64,000 nt of DNA, taken from assembly GCA_965367815.1 (NCBI GenBank), contig CBDUKN010000014.1, positions 1 to 64,000 on the forward strand, given 5' to 3'. Positions 27,739 to 37,776 of the stretch are shown here, piece after piece (position 1 is the stretch's first letter; every line of letters starts with the position of its first letter). A program made the translations under genes and the position numbers. The notes beneath the pieces were generated by a model, which worked only from the letters and a program-made list of their open reading frames with translations, was not told the origin of the DNA and made no database searches. This DNA is from an uncultured Thermoprotei archaeon. Its GTDB lineage: Archaea > Thermoproteota > Thermoprotei > Thermofilales > B15-G2.

Positions 27739-29955
27739 ATGATAGAAAATAGAAATAATATATTAGTGTCTATACTGCTGTCTAGTATACTTCTATTAAC
27801 ACTGGTTTCTACAGACGCAGTATACTCCAAGAAAATTGTCCCTTCTGATGATTATGGAGTTTTAGAGAATAATTATGTTACTTCAAAAACTGTAATTTAT
27901 ACTCCTTCACAAGATACTAGCGTTTCTGAATGCTATCCTTCTTATAGCTATGGTTCTTCTCAAGTAATTTTCTCAGGATACTACGGGTCCGGCGACGAAG
28001 AGGAAAATGACCGCTACTATCGGTATGCTTATATAAGGTTTTCTTTTAACAAAATTCCAGCAAACGACATTAAGTACGCTAAACTTGTGCTCTATTTATG
28101 TAAATCTATGACACTTTTTGAACCCGGAACTACTAAAAAAGTTTTTGACGTATACTGTACTACCACATACTGGTCCGAGTCGACTACTTGGTATAATAGG
28201 CCTAAAATTCACGGCATTTACGGTAAGTTTACTGTTTTTGCAAGTGATCCCGATAAGAAATCCTACAGCGTTGACTTAACGGTGCTTATAAAGAAATGGC
28301 TTTCTTTTGCTACTAACTACGGTATAGCCATTTGCAGTAAATATTCGAGCGAACACGCTATTGTTTCATGGTATTCTAGTGAAGTAAATAATGTTGCTTA
28401 CAGACCTAAACTCATTATATCGTATAAGTATGGTCCTGAAATAGAGCTTATTCCTTCGTCTACGTCAGGATACCAGAGCACAACTATTAAAATAACTGTT
28501 AAAGTGTATTCAAGAGGAGGATTTTACGGTAAAGTATGTTTTCACGCAAGTATTCCTCAAGGATATACTTGCAGTTTTAGTCCGTCAAGTTTAATTATTT
28601 CATCTAAAGAGTCCCCTAAGTTTACTACACTTAAGGTCTCTATTCCTTCGAGTGCCGCTGCAGGTACGACTACTATTAAAGTTAGAGCAGAGTCTGGGAA
28701 CTACTATAGCTATTCTTTGCTGAAAATAAAAGTACTTCCTTACGGCTTTACTTTTACAGCAACTCCTTTATCTGTTTCTGTTAATCAAGGGAAAAGCTGC
28801 ACTATTACTCTTAAGGTAACTAAAATAGGAGCTTACAATAAGAAAGTATCATTTAGTGCAGTTAAAGTGCCTAGCGGAATAACGGTTACTTTTAATCCCG
28901 CTACTCTTACTCCTACAGGCTCTGCTACAGCTTCTATTAAGGCCTCATATACGGTTAAACCGGGGACTTACAGCATTAATATATTAGCTAAAGGAGCCGA
29001 CGGCAAGTCTTCTTATGTTATAATTAAAGTAGCTGTTAAGCCTGCTTTATTCGACTACTCTTTGAGTGTTTCTCCATCGTCGGTTAAAATTGTCAAAGGA
29101 AAATCAGCAACTGTTACTATTAATGCTGTACTGAAGAAAGGCTCACCTGAAGTTGTCTATCTAAGTGCTCAAAGCGTACCTAAAGGTATTTCCTGTAGTT
29201 TTTCTCCTGAAGAAATTAAGCCTACCGCTTCAAGTAAACTCACAATAACTGTTGACTCAAACTGTCCTTCCAAAGTATACACCATCGTGATTCTTGGTTC
29301 AAGTGAAAGTGAATTAGAAAAATCAGCTAAGTTAACTATCGAGGTAATAAACCGTATAATTCCTGTGTCTCCTCCTCAATGTATTATAGCTACTGTTACT
29401 TATGGTAGCGAGCTCGCTGATGAAGTTCAAGTACTAAGAGGTTTCCGGGACAATATTATGATGAAAACTTATCAAGGCTCCTCTTTCTTTAAGTCATTTA
29501 ACGCTTTTTACTATAGCTGGAGTCCTAACATAGCTTACTGGATTCAAGAAAATCCGTGGGTAAAGCCGCTGTTTAAAGCACTAATTTATCCGCTGGTAGG
29601 AATTCTTTTGTTTTCAGTGTTTATAGTGTCTCCTATTATGAACATGCACCCTGATGTAGCTGTCTACATGGCTGAGACCATTATTTCGCTTTTAGTAGGC
29701 TTCATTTACTGTGGACTTCCCTTGAGTTTTACGCTTAGATCTAAATCGAAGTACTTTAGAAGAAAAATTTCTGCAGCAATGGGTTTAATGTCTTTAGCTA
29801 CACTACTTACTTGTATTATACTGCAGATTACCGAGCTCTCAGACGCTCTTTCAATAACGTCTTTTCTCTATGTTCTAATGAACATCATCTTCTCACTTTA
29901 CTCAACACCACTTCTAGTGAGAAAAATAAATGAAAAGCTTTTACGTATAAAGTAG
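27739..29955 (+). CDS. Cell-surface protein: signal peptide, DNRLRE-type domain, three Ig-like repeats, CFI-box-CTERM and TM helices
   Basis: QDTSVSE.YP..YG, YAYIRF, WSESTTWYNRP, NYGI, SSE...RPKL; repeats F/Y.LS..P.S..V..G; CIIATVTYGSELADEVQVLRGFRD...FYYSWSP. Confidence 0.82.
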   Translation: MIENRNNILVSILLSSILLLTLVSTDAVYSKKIVPSDDYGVLENNYVTSKTVIYTPSQDTSVSECYPSYSYGSSQVIFSGYYGSGDEEENDRYYRYAYIRFSFNKIPANDIKYAKLVLYLCKSMTLFEPGTTKKVFDVYCTTTYWSESTTWYNRPKIHGIYGKFTVFASDPDKKSYSVDLTVLIKKWLSFATNYGIAICSKYSSEHAIVSWYSSEVNNVAYRPKLIISYKYGPEIELIPSSTSGYQSTTIKITVKVYSRGGFYGKVCFHASIPQGYTCSFSPSSLIISSKESPKFTTLKVSIPSSAAAGTTTIKVRAESGNYYSYSLLKIKVLPYGFTFTATPLSVSVNQGKSCTITLKVTKIGAYNKKVSFSAVKVPSGITVTFNPATLTPTGSATASIKASYTVKPGTYSINILAKGADGKSSYVIIKVAVKPALFDYSLSVSPSSVKIVKGKSATVTINAVLKKGSPEVVYLSAQSVPKGISCSFSPEEIKPTASSKLTITVDSNCPSKVYTIVILGSSESELEKSAKLTIEVINRIIPVSPPQCIIATVTYGSELADEVQVLRGFRDNIMMKTYQGSSFFKSFNAFYYSWSPNIAYWIQENPWVKPLFKALIYPLVGILLFSVFIVSPIMNMHPDVAVYMAETIISLLVGFIYCGLPLSFTLRSKSKYFRRKISAAMGLMSLATLLTCIILQITELSDALSITSFLYVLMNIIFSLYSTPLLVRKINEKLLRIK

Positions 29956-30052
29956 TTGGCCTTTTTCTTAGTTTATATTAATTTTTTAGCAGCCTGCTGT
30001 TTTATCATAGTTAATCATTTATTGTATTAGCTCTTAGTTCTCTAGAGATAAT

Positions 30053-32770
30053 ATGAGAATTGATTCATCTTACTGTACTGCATCTGGAGTGCCTCTAGGG
30101 GGTATAGGGACTGGTTCTGTTGAGCTGAGAGCTGACGGCAGATTCTATGAGTGGCATATATTCAACAATGGTCGGTGGGCTTGGAGACAGGAAGATAGGG
30201 AGAAAGAGTTTATGTCTCCTAGAGACTTCTTCTTTGTAGCTAGAACTAAAACTGCTGGCGGCAGTATTAGAGTAAGGCTTCTTCAGGCTAGTAAAGGCTA
30301 TGAGCTAGGCGGAGACCCGTATACTTTCCCTTGGTTCAGGTCTGTTGATAAGATGGAGTATAATGGTGAACCACCCTTTATATTCATTAAGTACTTTGAC
30401 CAAGATTTGCCTGTAGATATAGAGCTGGAAGCATTTTCGCCATTTATTCCAAGTGACGTGAAGAACTCGTCTATTCCAGTAGCGTTCTTCGTATTCAGGG
30501 TAAGGAACAAGCTCGATGAAGAAATAGAGTTTAGTCTACTTGCTGGAATAAAGAATCCTTTTGGAGAAATTCCAGCTGAAGCAGAGATATTCGTTGATAA
30601 AATCAAGGGAGGCTTCGCTTTAACCATAAAGGGCACTAATATCCATAGGAAGCACTGCATGTATAGAGGCTCTATTACTCTCGGCTTTATTAGTGAAGGA
30701 GAGTACGGCTACTGCTTGACTGCTCCCTATGAGGAGCGCCCACTTAGATACAAGTGGGTTGAATTCAGGGCTACTGGTCTGCTAAAAGATGAAGAAAAGC
30801 TTACTAGAGTAGAAGAGAGAGTCTACAGTATTGTTGTCTGTAAGAAGAGACTTAAACCTAGAGAAGAAACTAAGATCACTGTTTTCTTAGCATGGTTTTT
30901 CCCTAACCATTACGATGACTTAGGGTACTATCTTGGTCACGCTTATGAAAACTACTTTGATTCGTCGAGTAGTGTAGCTGAGTACATTGTAGACAACTTT
31001 GAGTATCTCTACAGCTACACTAAGAAATTCCACGACTTGCTTTACTCTACTTCAGTCGACTACTGGCTAGTAGACTTAATTGCCTCTCAGTTAACCACTA
31101 TGGTTAAGTCTACTTACTACACTAAAGACAAGCTTTTCGGTGTATGGGAGGGCTATGGATGCTGTGGACTAAATACCACTGATGTAGCGTTCTATGGCTC
31201 AATAATGATTCTACAGCTGTTTCCCGAATTAGAAAAGACTTGGATTAAGTATCATGCAAAGTGGCAGCTCAAGCCGGATCTCTCTCCGTACTACGAAGTA
31301 TTTGCTTTAGCAATCCCAGAGAACATGGCCTTGCTAAAAGAAGAATTAAAAAAGGATCCTAGCATAGGTATGGATTTAGAGAAATTTAAGAAGACTGTAA
31401 GGAAAATTGTAGAGAAGACTGGTAAAGATCCTACAGGCAGAATAATGCACTACTTTGTAGGCTCGTTTAAGCGCCCCGACACATACAATAGACCCGATAT
31501 GAACCCAGAGTACGTTTTAATGGTTATTAGAGACGCTTTCTGGCTTGGCGATAGAAGTCTACTAGAATCTTTGTGGAATGTTATTAAGGAGGCCATAGAA
31601 GTTATTTTAAGAGTTCATGATCCCGTCGGCTTAAAGCTTCTCTATCACTACGCTCCTGCAGGCTACGAGGCCATTCATCAGAGTATAGCATATCGGTTAG
31701 GGTTTGCTGAACGTTTCGGCAGATTCTTGAGCTATGCTGCTGCTGGTTATACATTTTACCCGATATCGGTTCAAACATTTGATGCTTGGAGCCTTTTAGG
31801 AATAACTTCATTTACTGGAGTGCTGTGGTTGGCTGCACTAAAAGCTGTAGAAAAAGCAGCTGAAATAGTGGGAGATAACGAGTACAGCGAGCACGTGAAG
31901 AGAATATTCGGCGAAGGTAAAGAGAATTTAGTTAAGTATCTCTGGAATGGAGAATACCTTGACCTATGGTATGACCCTATTAGCGGCAAAAGGGATAAAG
32001 GCTGTTCTGCTTCGCAGCTCGATGGGCAACTCTACTTAACGCTTTTACTAGACCTCGGCTATCTACTTGATAGAGATAAGACACTAAAGATTCTTCAAAG
32101 TATATTTAAATACAACTTTGCTGAAGAAGAAGGGTTACTTAATGGAGTGTACCCAGGTAGACCAAGGCCAGCTTTTGCAGGAGACATGCCTTTACCGAAT
32201 GATACTGGCTTGAAGTACACTGTTGGCTCGCAAATAGATACTCCGTGGACAGGTATCGAGTTCGAAGTAGCCGCACACATGATAAACGAAGGCATGGTAG
32301 AGGAAGCATTTAAAATACTTAAGGCAATACACGAGAGATATGCTAGGTACGGTGAATACTGGAACCACATTGAGTGTGGTGGCCACTATTATCGCCCAAT
32401 GGACTCTTGGCTAGTACTTATGGCTCTCGAAGGCCTACTCTACAACGGGTTCGAGAAAAGACTGAGATTTATGCCTAAAATAAACGAGAAGTCATTCAGA
32501 GGTTTGCTGACAGTTACCGGGAACTGGGGTATTGTCGAGCAAGTAGTCGAGGATAATGTGCAGAAAGTATCTATTAGTCTTGAGCAGGGCTCGCTTAAGC
32601 TGAAAGTACTCGAATTAAAGAAGTTTGGCAGCGTAAAGAAAGTAGAGGTTTCAATTGACGGGGAAGCTGTAGAAGCTGACTTTAAAGAAGAAAAAGAAAA
32701 AGTCGTACTCGAATTAAGTAAAGAGGCTGTTGTAACGAAAACAATCAAAGTTAAAATATATTACCGTTGA
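30053..32770 (+). CDS. GH116 (GBA2-family) beta-glycosidase
   Basis: SGVPLGGIGTGSV, FSPFIP.D.KNSSIP, WEG.GCC, QTFDAW, SQLDGQ, WTGIE, WNHIECGGHYYRPM. Confidence 0.93.
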   Translation: MRIDSSYCTASGVPLGGIGTGSVELRADGRFYEWHIFNNGRWAWRQEDREKEFMSPRDFFFVARTKTAGGSIRVRLLQASKGYELGGDPYTFPWFRSVDKMEYNGEPPFIFIKYFDQDLPVDIELEAFSPFIPSDVKNSSIPVAFFVFRVRNKLDEEIEFSLLAGIKNPFGEIPAEAEIFVDKIKGGFALTIKGTNIHRKHCMYRGSITLGFISEGEYGYCLTAPYEERPLRYKWVEFRATGLLKDEEKLTRVEERVYSIVVCKKRLKPREETKITVFLAWFFPNHYDDLGYYLGHAYENYFDSSSSVAEYIVDNFEYLYSYTKKFHDLLYSTSVDYWLVDLIASQLTTMVKSTYYTKDKLFGVWEGYGCCGLNTTDVAFYGSIMILQLFPELEKTWIKYHAKWQLKPDLSPYYEVFALAIPENMALLKEELKKDPSIGMDLEKFKKTVRKIVEKTGKDPTGRIMHYFVGSFKRPDTYNRPDMNPEYVLMVIRDAFWLGDRSLLESLWNVIKEAIEVILRVHDPVGLKLLYHYAPAGYEAIHQSIAYRLGFAERFGRFLSYAAAGYTFYPISVQTFDAWSLLGITSFTGVLWLAALKAVEKAAEIVGDNEYSEHVKRIFGEGKENLVKYLWNGEYLDLWYDPISGKRDKGCSASQLDGQLYLTLLLDLGYLLDRDKTLKILQSIFKYNFAEEEGLLNGVYPGRPRPAFAGDMPLPNDTGLKYTVGSQIDTPWTGIEFEVAAHMINEGMVEEAFKILKAIHERYARYGEYWNHIECGGHYYRPMDSWLVLMALEGLLYNGFEKRLRFMPKINEKSFRGLLTVTGNWGIVEQVVEDNVQKVSISLEQGSLKLKVLELKKFGSVKKVEVSIDGEAVEADFKEEKEKVVLELSKEAVVTKTIKVKIYYR

Positions 32771-32777
32771 ATTATTT

Positions 32778-34181
32778 TTAAATATTTTTGAAGCTTGGCA
32801 AAGCTTTTAAGTCATTTATATCTATTGCTATTATTTTTTCTTCCCTTAACCTCTCTTTATCTAATATCTTTTTAGCTACTAGTCCATAGTATTTTTTCAA
32901 AGGTCTTATTTTCACGTAAGCTGTCTTCTCGGCTAAAGTATTGACTATATTTTGTGCTCTACTGTAGTCTATTTCACTCCACTTTACCTCCATATACAGT
33001 GCTGTTTTCGTTTTAGCGTTGTATGCCACTATATCTATATCGAATGAGCCTTGAGGAAACTTGCCATAGTATTTTGATATTGATGTAGGTGTGAAAGGTA
33101 GTTTATTTTCTTTAGCGAGCTTTTCCACTATTTCTTTTGCTAGTAACTCAAATGCTTCACCTAGATAAGTGTTTAGTGTTTGTATACATTTTTCATAGAC
33201 TTTTCTCCAGTTATATTCTAGTAGACTTCTATTCTTGTATACGTACTTAAACCAGAATTTTGTAAAGTAGTCTTTTATCGTATAAAATGCACCCTTTTTC
33301 CTACCAGCGGGAAGCTCTGGCTTAATTATGTCTAAGAGCTCTGTTAAGTCTTTTAAATACGGTGATAGTGAAGTAGGCTTTAGTCCCACTTTATTAGCTA
33401 TTTCAGATACTCTACAATATCCTTCAGCTATCGCCGACAATATTGAGGAGTAAGTGTAGTAGTCTTTTCCAAAGGTTTCTCTAAGGATACCATTTACTTC
33501 GTCTCGTAGTGGAGCATGTTCTTCGAAAACTAGTTTCTTCAATGCATCTTCAATGCTTTTTACGGAATATTTCTGTATTAAAGCGTAGTAGTAAGGTACT
33601 CCTCCGAAAATTAAGTAGAATTTTACTTGCTCTTCAAGACAATTTACTCCGAGATCTTTAAGCCACTCAATTATAGTAGTTACTTCTAAAGGCTTTACTT
33701 CAAGCCTTACATCAGCTCTACCGTATAAAGGTGACTGATAGTCTTCAAAAAGCCTCTTAATTAAGCCAACAACAGATCCACATACAATTACTGAAGGTCT
33801 TTTCTCTTTAGTATCCCAGAACCTCTGTAACTCAAATGGCACCGATGAGTCTACTCTAGTAAACCACTGGAACTCATCAAAAACAACTATTCCATCGTAC
33901 TCAGAAAGCAGTTCAAAGAACTCTCTCCAAGACTCCGGCCTAACGTAGCTAGGTAATCTCATAGCTTCTCTTAATTGCCTGGAAAACTCTTCGAGTAGCA
34001 TTTTACTACTTTTCTCAGGATTTACAAAAAGATAAATAAACTTCCTATTTTTACAGAATTCTAAAATAAGTCTAGTTTTACCTACTCTTCTTCTGCCATA
34101 AATAACAGCTAGAAAAGGCTCACTAACACTAGTCAAAGTTTTCAATTCAGCCTCCCTATCGTAAAACTTTATTTCAGTCAT
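32778..34181 (-). CDS. Archaeal AAA ATPase (ATPase_2 + wHTH + DUF234/PD-(D/E)XK-like); start taken as ATG 34181
   Basis: FYDREAEL, YGRRRVGKT, FDEFQ, SPLYGR, GGVPYY, D.F..FWF, DIDIV...EVKW. Confidence 0.9.
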   Translation of the reverse strand: MTEIKFYDREAELKTLTSVSEPFLAVIYGRRRVGKTRLILEFCKNRKFIYLFVNPEKSSKMLLEEFSRQLREAMRLPSYVRPESWREFFELLSEYDGIVVFDEFQWFTRVDSSVPFELQRFWDTKEKRPSVIVCGSVVGLIKRLFEDYQSPLYGRADVRLEVKPLEVTTIIEWLKDLGVNCLEEQVKFYLIFGGVPYYYALIQKYSVKSIEDALKKLVFEEHAPLRDEVNGILRETFGKDYYTYSSILSAIAEGYCRVSEIANKVGLKPTSLSPYLKDLTELLDIIKPELPAGRKKGAFYTIKDYFTKFWFKYVYKNRSLLEYNWRKVYEKCIQTLNTYLGEAFELLAKEIVEKLAKENKLPFTPTSISKYYGKFPQGSFDIDIVAYNAKTKTALYMEVKWSEIDYSRAQNIVNTLAEKTAYVKIRPLKKYYGLVAKKILDKERLREEKIIAIDINDLKALPSFKNI

Positions 34182-34296
34182 AATTATTACAAATAGAATA
34201 ATTATAATTGGCATAAAATACTTTGCGCTCAAAATCACCGAACTATAAATTGGCGGTAGCCAAAAAATTACCACCAACTATGTAAAACCTTATATA

Positions 34297-34317
34297 GGTA
34301 GACCTAACTAGTCTACC
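34297..34317. promoter_or_regulatory. TA operator inverted repeat
   Basis: GGTAGAC-7nt-GTCTACC between a CTTATATA box and GTG 34320. Confidence 0.6.
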
Positions 34318-34319
34318 CC

Positions 34320-34544
34320 GTGAAATACGTTACTGTTTCTGCCAAAATACCCGTAGAATTAAAAGAAATGCTAGATAAACTAGGAATAAAGCCTGGGCCT
34401 GTAATAAGGAGAGCTCTAGAAGAAGAAGTCAGGAGAGCTATGTTTAAGAGACTTGAGGAACGAGCCAAAAAATTGAGTAAAAAACTTCCAGAGATATCAG
34501 ACGAGGAAATAGCTGAAATCATTAGAGAGTATAGGGAGAGATAA
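34320..34544 (+). CDS. vapB: VapB-type RHH antitoxin
   Basis: VTVSAKIP.ELK...LGI....IRRALEEEV; TAATG coupling to the PIN gene. Confidence 0.85.
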   Translation: MKYVTVSAKIPVELKEMLDKLGIKPGPVIRRALEEEVRRAMFKRLEERAKKLSKKLPEISDEEIAEIIREYRER

Positions 34545-34957
34545 TGTATCTTTTTGACGCAAGCTCAATTTTAAACTTAATTAAAAGAGGTCTAGTCACA
34601 CCCCTAGCTGATGGATTAACCCTAGATTTAGCTCTCTACGAGTGTTTAAACGCTATTTGGAAAGAACATAAATTACTAAAGAAATTAAAAGAAGACATTG
34701 CTTTAGAATATGTAGACATTGTAGCAGATTTATTTAAATCAATGAATATATCTTCCATCAAAGGCTTTGAGAAAGAAGTATTTAAGTTAGCAGACAAAGA
34801 AGAACTCACAATATATGATGCATCTTATCTGTACTTAGCTAAAGTGAAAAATCTAGTACTAGTAACAGATGACAGGAAATTAAGAGAAAAAGCTTCAAAA
34901 TACACCAAAACGTTGGCAAGTAAAGACATAGAAAAGAAATATAAACAAATCCTATAA
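34544..34957 (+). CDS. vapC: VapC PIN-domain toxin
   Basis: YLFDASS, YE..NAIWK, LTIYDASY, LVTDD. Confidence 0.9.
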   Translation: MYLFDASSILNLIKRGLVTPLADGLTLDLALYECLNAIWKEHKLLKKLKEDIALEYVDIVADLFKSMNISSIKGFEKEVFKLADKEELTIYDASYLYLAKVKNLVLVTDDRKLREKASKYTKTLASKDIEKKYKQIL

Positions 34958-35119
34958 ACTAGGCTCCCTTACGTCTCAAGAGACTCGTGGGGTTATGTTA
35001 ATAGTATCTATATTACGTAAATTTATTTTTAGATTATGTTTATGCTTCAATTAGACTTAAATGCTCATTAACTTTAGTCACACACTTTATTTTGTGCAAT
35101 GTCTAATAATTAGTTTTTT

Positions 35120-35157
35120 AAATTAGGTGCACCTAATTTTATTAGGTATGGCTAACT
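35120..35157. promoter_or_regulatory. Tandem DtxR/MntR-type operator at feoA
   Basis: Perfect 20-bp palindrome AAATTAGGTGCACCTAATTT (35120-35139) followed by a degenerate copy TTAGGTATGGCTAA overlapping ATG 35148. Confidence 0.8.
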
Positions 35158-35360
35158 CAAGTATCAACAATAAATCTCTAAAAATAGTGGAAGTAAAAGG
35201 AGACCTCAGCTTACTGCAGAAACTTATTCCCTTCGGTATATATCCTGGTGCAGAAATCAAAGTGCTGTCCAGAGGGAGGAGAGGTGTATTAGTCGAAGTA
35301 AATAATTCTATAGTATTTCTTGACAACAAGATATTTTCAAAAATATACTGCAGGGACTGA
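35148..35360 (+). CDS. feoA: Ferrous iron transport protein A
   Basis: L..FGIYPGAEIKVL...G.VLVEV SH3-like FeoA pattern; directly upstream of feoB. Confidence 0.85.
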   Translation: MANSSINNKSLKIVEVKGDLSLLQKLIPFGIYPGAEIKVLSRGRRGVLVEVNNSIVFLDNKIFSKIYCRD

Positions 35361-35362
35361 CA

Positions 35363-37273
35363 ATGGAAATTAAAGTAGTTTTATTTGGACACCCTAATGT
35401 AGGAAAATCAGTTATATTCAGCAAACTAACTAAGCTGACAGCAATAGCCTCAAACTACCCTGGAACTACAGTTGAAATATATGAAGGAAAATTAGAGTAC
35501 CGCGGACACACCATAAAAATAGTAGATGCTCCAGGAACATACTCACTTATTCCTCGAAACGAAGCAGAAAGCATTGCAAGAAAAATACTATTTAATAGCC
35601 CTCCTCCGATAGTAGTGCATGTCGTCGACGCAACTAGTCTCAAAAGACACCTCTACTTGACTTTAGAACTACTTGAGCTCCCTCTCCCCATAGTACTGGC
35701 TGTAAACCAAGTAGATAGAGCAGAAAAACTAGGAATAAAAATCAACAAAGAGAAACTAGAAAAACTCCTAGGAATTCCAGTAGTACTCACTGTTGCCACT
35801 AAAGGTAAAGGACTTAAAGAACTACTTGAAACTATAATTAATATAGCAGAGAAATTCAATAAGAAGTATTTTGTTAGAAAAACTCCCACGGAAAAACATT
35901 TAAGTAAAATAGAGAAATATATCTTACCTAGGTTATCAAGTAAAAATAAAGTATTTTCAAAAGCTATAACTTATTTCACAATATTTAGTGATAAAGAATA
36001 CTCTCACCTAAGAAAAAGCATTCCTTTAACAATTGACTTAGAAGAAATAGCTAATAAAATAATAGCAGATAGAATAAAGGTAGTCGAAGATATTTACAGA
36101 GAAGCAGTTCAGGAAGATAAAGAGTTCTTTAAAGTAAATTTAGTAGACTCATTACTAGTACACCCTGTTAAAGGCCTTATTATTACTACTTCTATAACAC
36201 TAGCTATAGTTTGGCTTACTTTAGCTGTAATACATGAAATAGCTCACAGAGTACCCTTCATGATATATTACTCCATTTACGAGAAAATTGTTTGGGAGCC
36301 GTTAAACGAAATACTGCCAGAGAATATTTTCAAATATATTTTAATTGGAGATAATCCCGGAATATATTCTTCTATGGGCTTACTGACTACAGGTATATTT
36401 TTCGTGTTCTTCATGATACTTCCATGCCTTATAGTACTCTACTTTGTCTTAGGCCTACTAGAAGACTCAGGTATTTTACCTAGACTAATAGTGCCATTTG
36501 ATTGCCCTCTACGAAGACTAGGTATGTGTGGTGAAGCTATACTGCCAATAGTAGCAGGCACTGGATGCAGTATTGTAGGAGTGTTTTCTACAAGAATTCT
36601 TAAGACTAAGAAATCGAAGTTTATTGCCTCAGTAATTCAGTGGATAGGAGTCCCGTGTATGGCTGAACAAGTAATGATATGGTTTGTTCTCGGAAGCTAT
36701 GGTTCAGCATACGTGCTCTTACTCTATATAATTTTACTGCTAGTCACCATTCTAGTAGGGTTTTTCTTAAATACTGTAATAGAAGGCGTGGAAGAACCAC
36801 TAGTAGTAGAGCTACCTCCTTGGAGAAAACCTTTATTAGAAAATGTTTTAGCGAAAACTTTTCTTAGAGTAAAAGAATTCCTTTTGAGAGGAACTCCCCT
36901 CATTTTAGCAGGAATATTGTTCGTGAACATACTCTACTACACAGGATCAATAAATGCTTTAGCTGAGTTCACTTCCCCAATATTTTCAGGACTATTTAAC
37001 CTACCCGAAGACACTGTAGTAGCTATTATTGTAGGTATTTTAAGAAAAGACGTAGCTGTAGGCGTACTAAAATCTGTTGCACCTCAGCTGTCTCCACTAC
37101 AAATGCTTACAGCAATAACTATTACAACACTATGCTTCCCCTGTATAGGCACTCTAGTAGTTTCACTAAAAGAAGTAGGAGTAAAACAAACTCTCTTGAT
37201 GATAGGACTAATGATTATAGTCGCAGCCATCACTGGAGGAATACTTGGACTAGTCTCGAGTATTAAGCTTTAA
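35363..37273 (+). CDS. feoB: Ferrous iron transporter B
   Basis: GHPNVGKS, NYPGTTV, DAPG.YSL, NQVD, LEDSG.LPR, ELPP, FPC. Confidence 0.95.
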   Translation: MEIKVVLFGHPNVGKSVIFSKLTKLTAIASNYPGTTVEIYEGKLEYRGHTIKIVDAPGTYSLIPRNEAESIARKILFNSPPPIVVHVVDATSLKRHLYLTLELLELPLPIVLAVNQVDRAEKLGIKINKEKLEKLLGIPVVLTVATKGKGLKELLETIINIAEKFNKKYFVRKTPTEKHLSKIEKYILPRLSSKNKVFSKAITYFTIFSDKEYSHLRKSIPLTIDLEEIANKIIADRIKVVEDIYREAVQEDKEFFKVNLVDSLLVHPVKGLIITTSITLAIVWLTLAVIHEIAHRVPFMIYYSIYEKIVWEPLNEILPENIFKYILIGDNPGIYSSMGLLTTGIFFVFFMILPCLIVLYFVLGLLEDSGILPRLIVPFDCPLRRLGMCGEAILPIVAGTGCSIVGVFSTRILKTKKSKFIASVIQWIGVPCMAEQVMIWFVLGSYGSAYVLLLYIILLLVTILVGFFLNTVIEGVEEPLVVELPPWRKPLLENVLAKTFLRVKEFLLRGTPLILAGILFVNILYYTGSINALAEFTSPIFSGLFNLPEDTVVAIIVGILRKDVAVGVLKSVAPQLSPLQMLTAITITTLCFPCIGTLVVSLKEVGVKQTLLMIGLMIIVAAITGGILGLVSSIKL

Positions 37274-37691
37274 CACTTTTTACAAAGTCCCTTATCTCTT
37301 TTAGCAAACTAGGGTTCCTTTTAATATACTCAAATAATTTTTCCAATCTTTTTAAGGTTCCATCACTAATAGAATGCTCTATACTACATGCATCTTTCTC
37401 AGCCAGATCAGAAGGAACTCCCAGCACCTCACTAAGAAAATCTCTCAAAAGAACATGCCTTCTGTAGACTTTCTTAGCTATCTCTCTTCCCTCATCTGTT
37501 AACGTTATCGGTTCTCTTTTCTCGTACTTCACTAAGCCTTTTCTCGATAATTTTTCCAAAAACTCGACTACTGTCGGCGCTTTAACGTTAAGTATTTTAG
37601 CTAAATCTTTTACTCTAGCAACATTTTTCTCCATTAACAGTATATAGATTGCTTCTAAGTACTCTTCTTCACGTTTATTGACCATTCGCAT
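37263..37691 (-). CDS. DtxR/MntR/TroR metal-dependent repressor
   Basis: EEYLEAIY, ARVKDLA, RRH.LL..FL...LGV, A..DAC.IEH. Confidence 0.93.
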   Translation of the reverse strand: MRMVNKREEEYLEAIYILLMEKNVARVKDLAKILNVKAPTVVEFLEKLSRKGLVKYEKREPITLTDEGREIAKKVYRRHVLLRDFLSEVLGVPSDLAEKDACSIEHSISDGTLKRLEKLFEYIKRNPSLLKEIRDFVKSVKA

Positions 37692-37776
37692 ACCCCAATA
37701 CTTAGCAGATATTACAGCTATCTATTCATATTTTTAAGGAATAATTAGTTATATTTTACTTAGAAAACTTATACTG

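Noticed and set aside
34966-34992. Hairpin CCCTTACG-TCTCAAGAGAC-TCGTGGGG after vapC
   Set aside because: Short and imperfect; could be a terminator or chance, with no second copy seen
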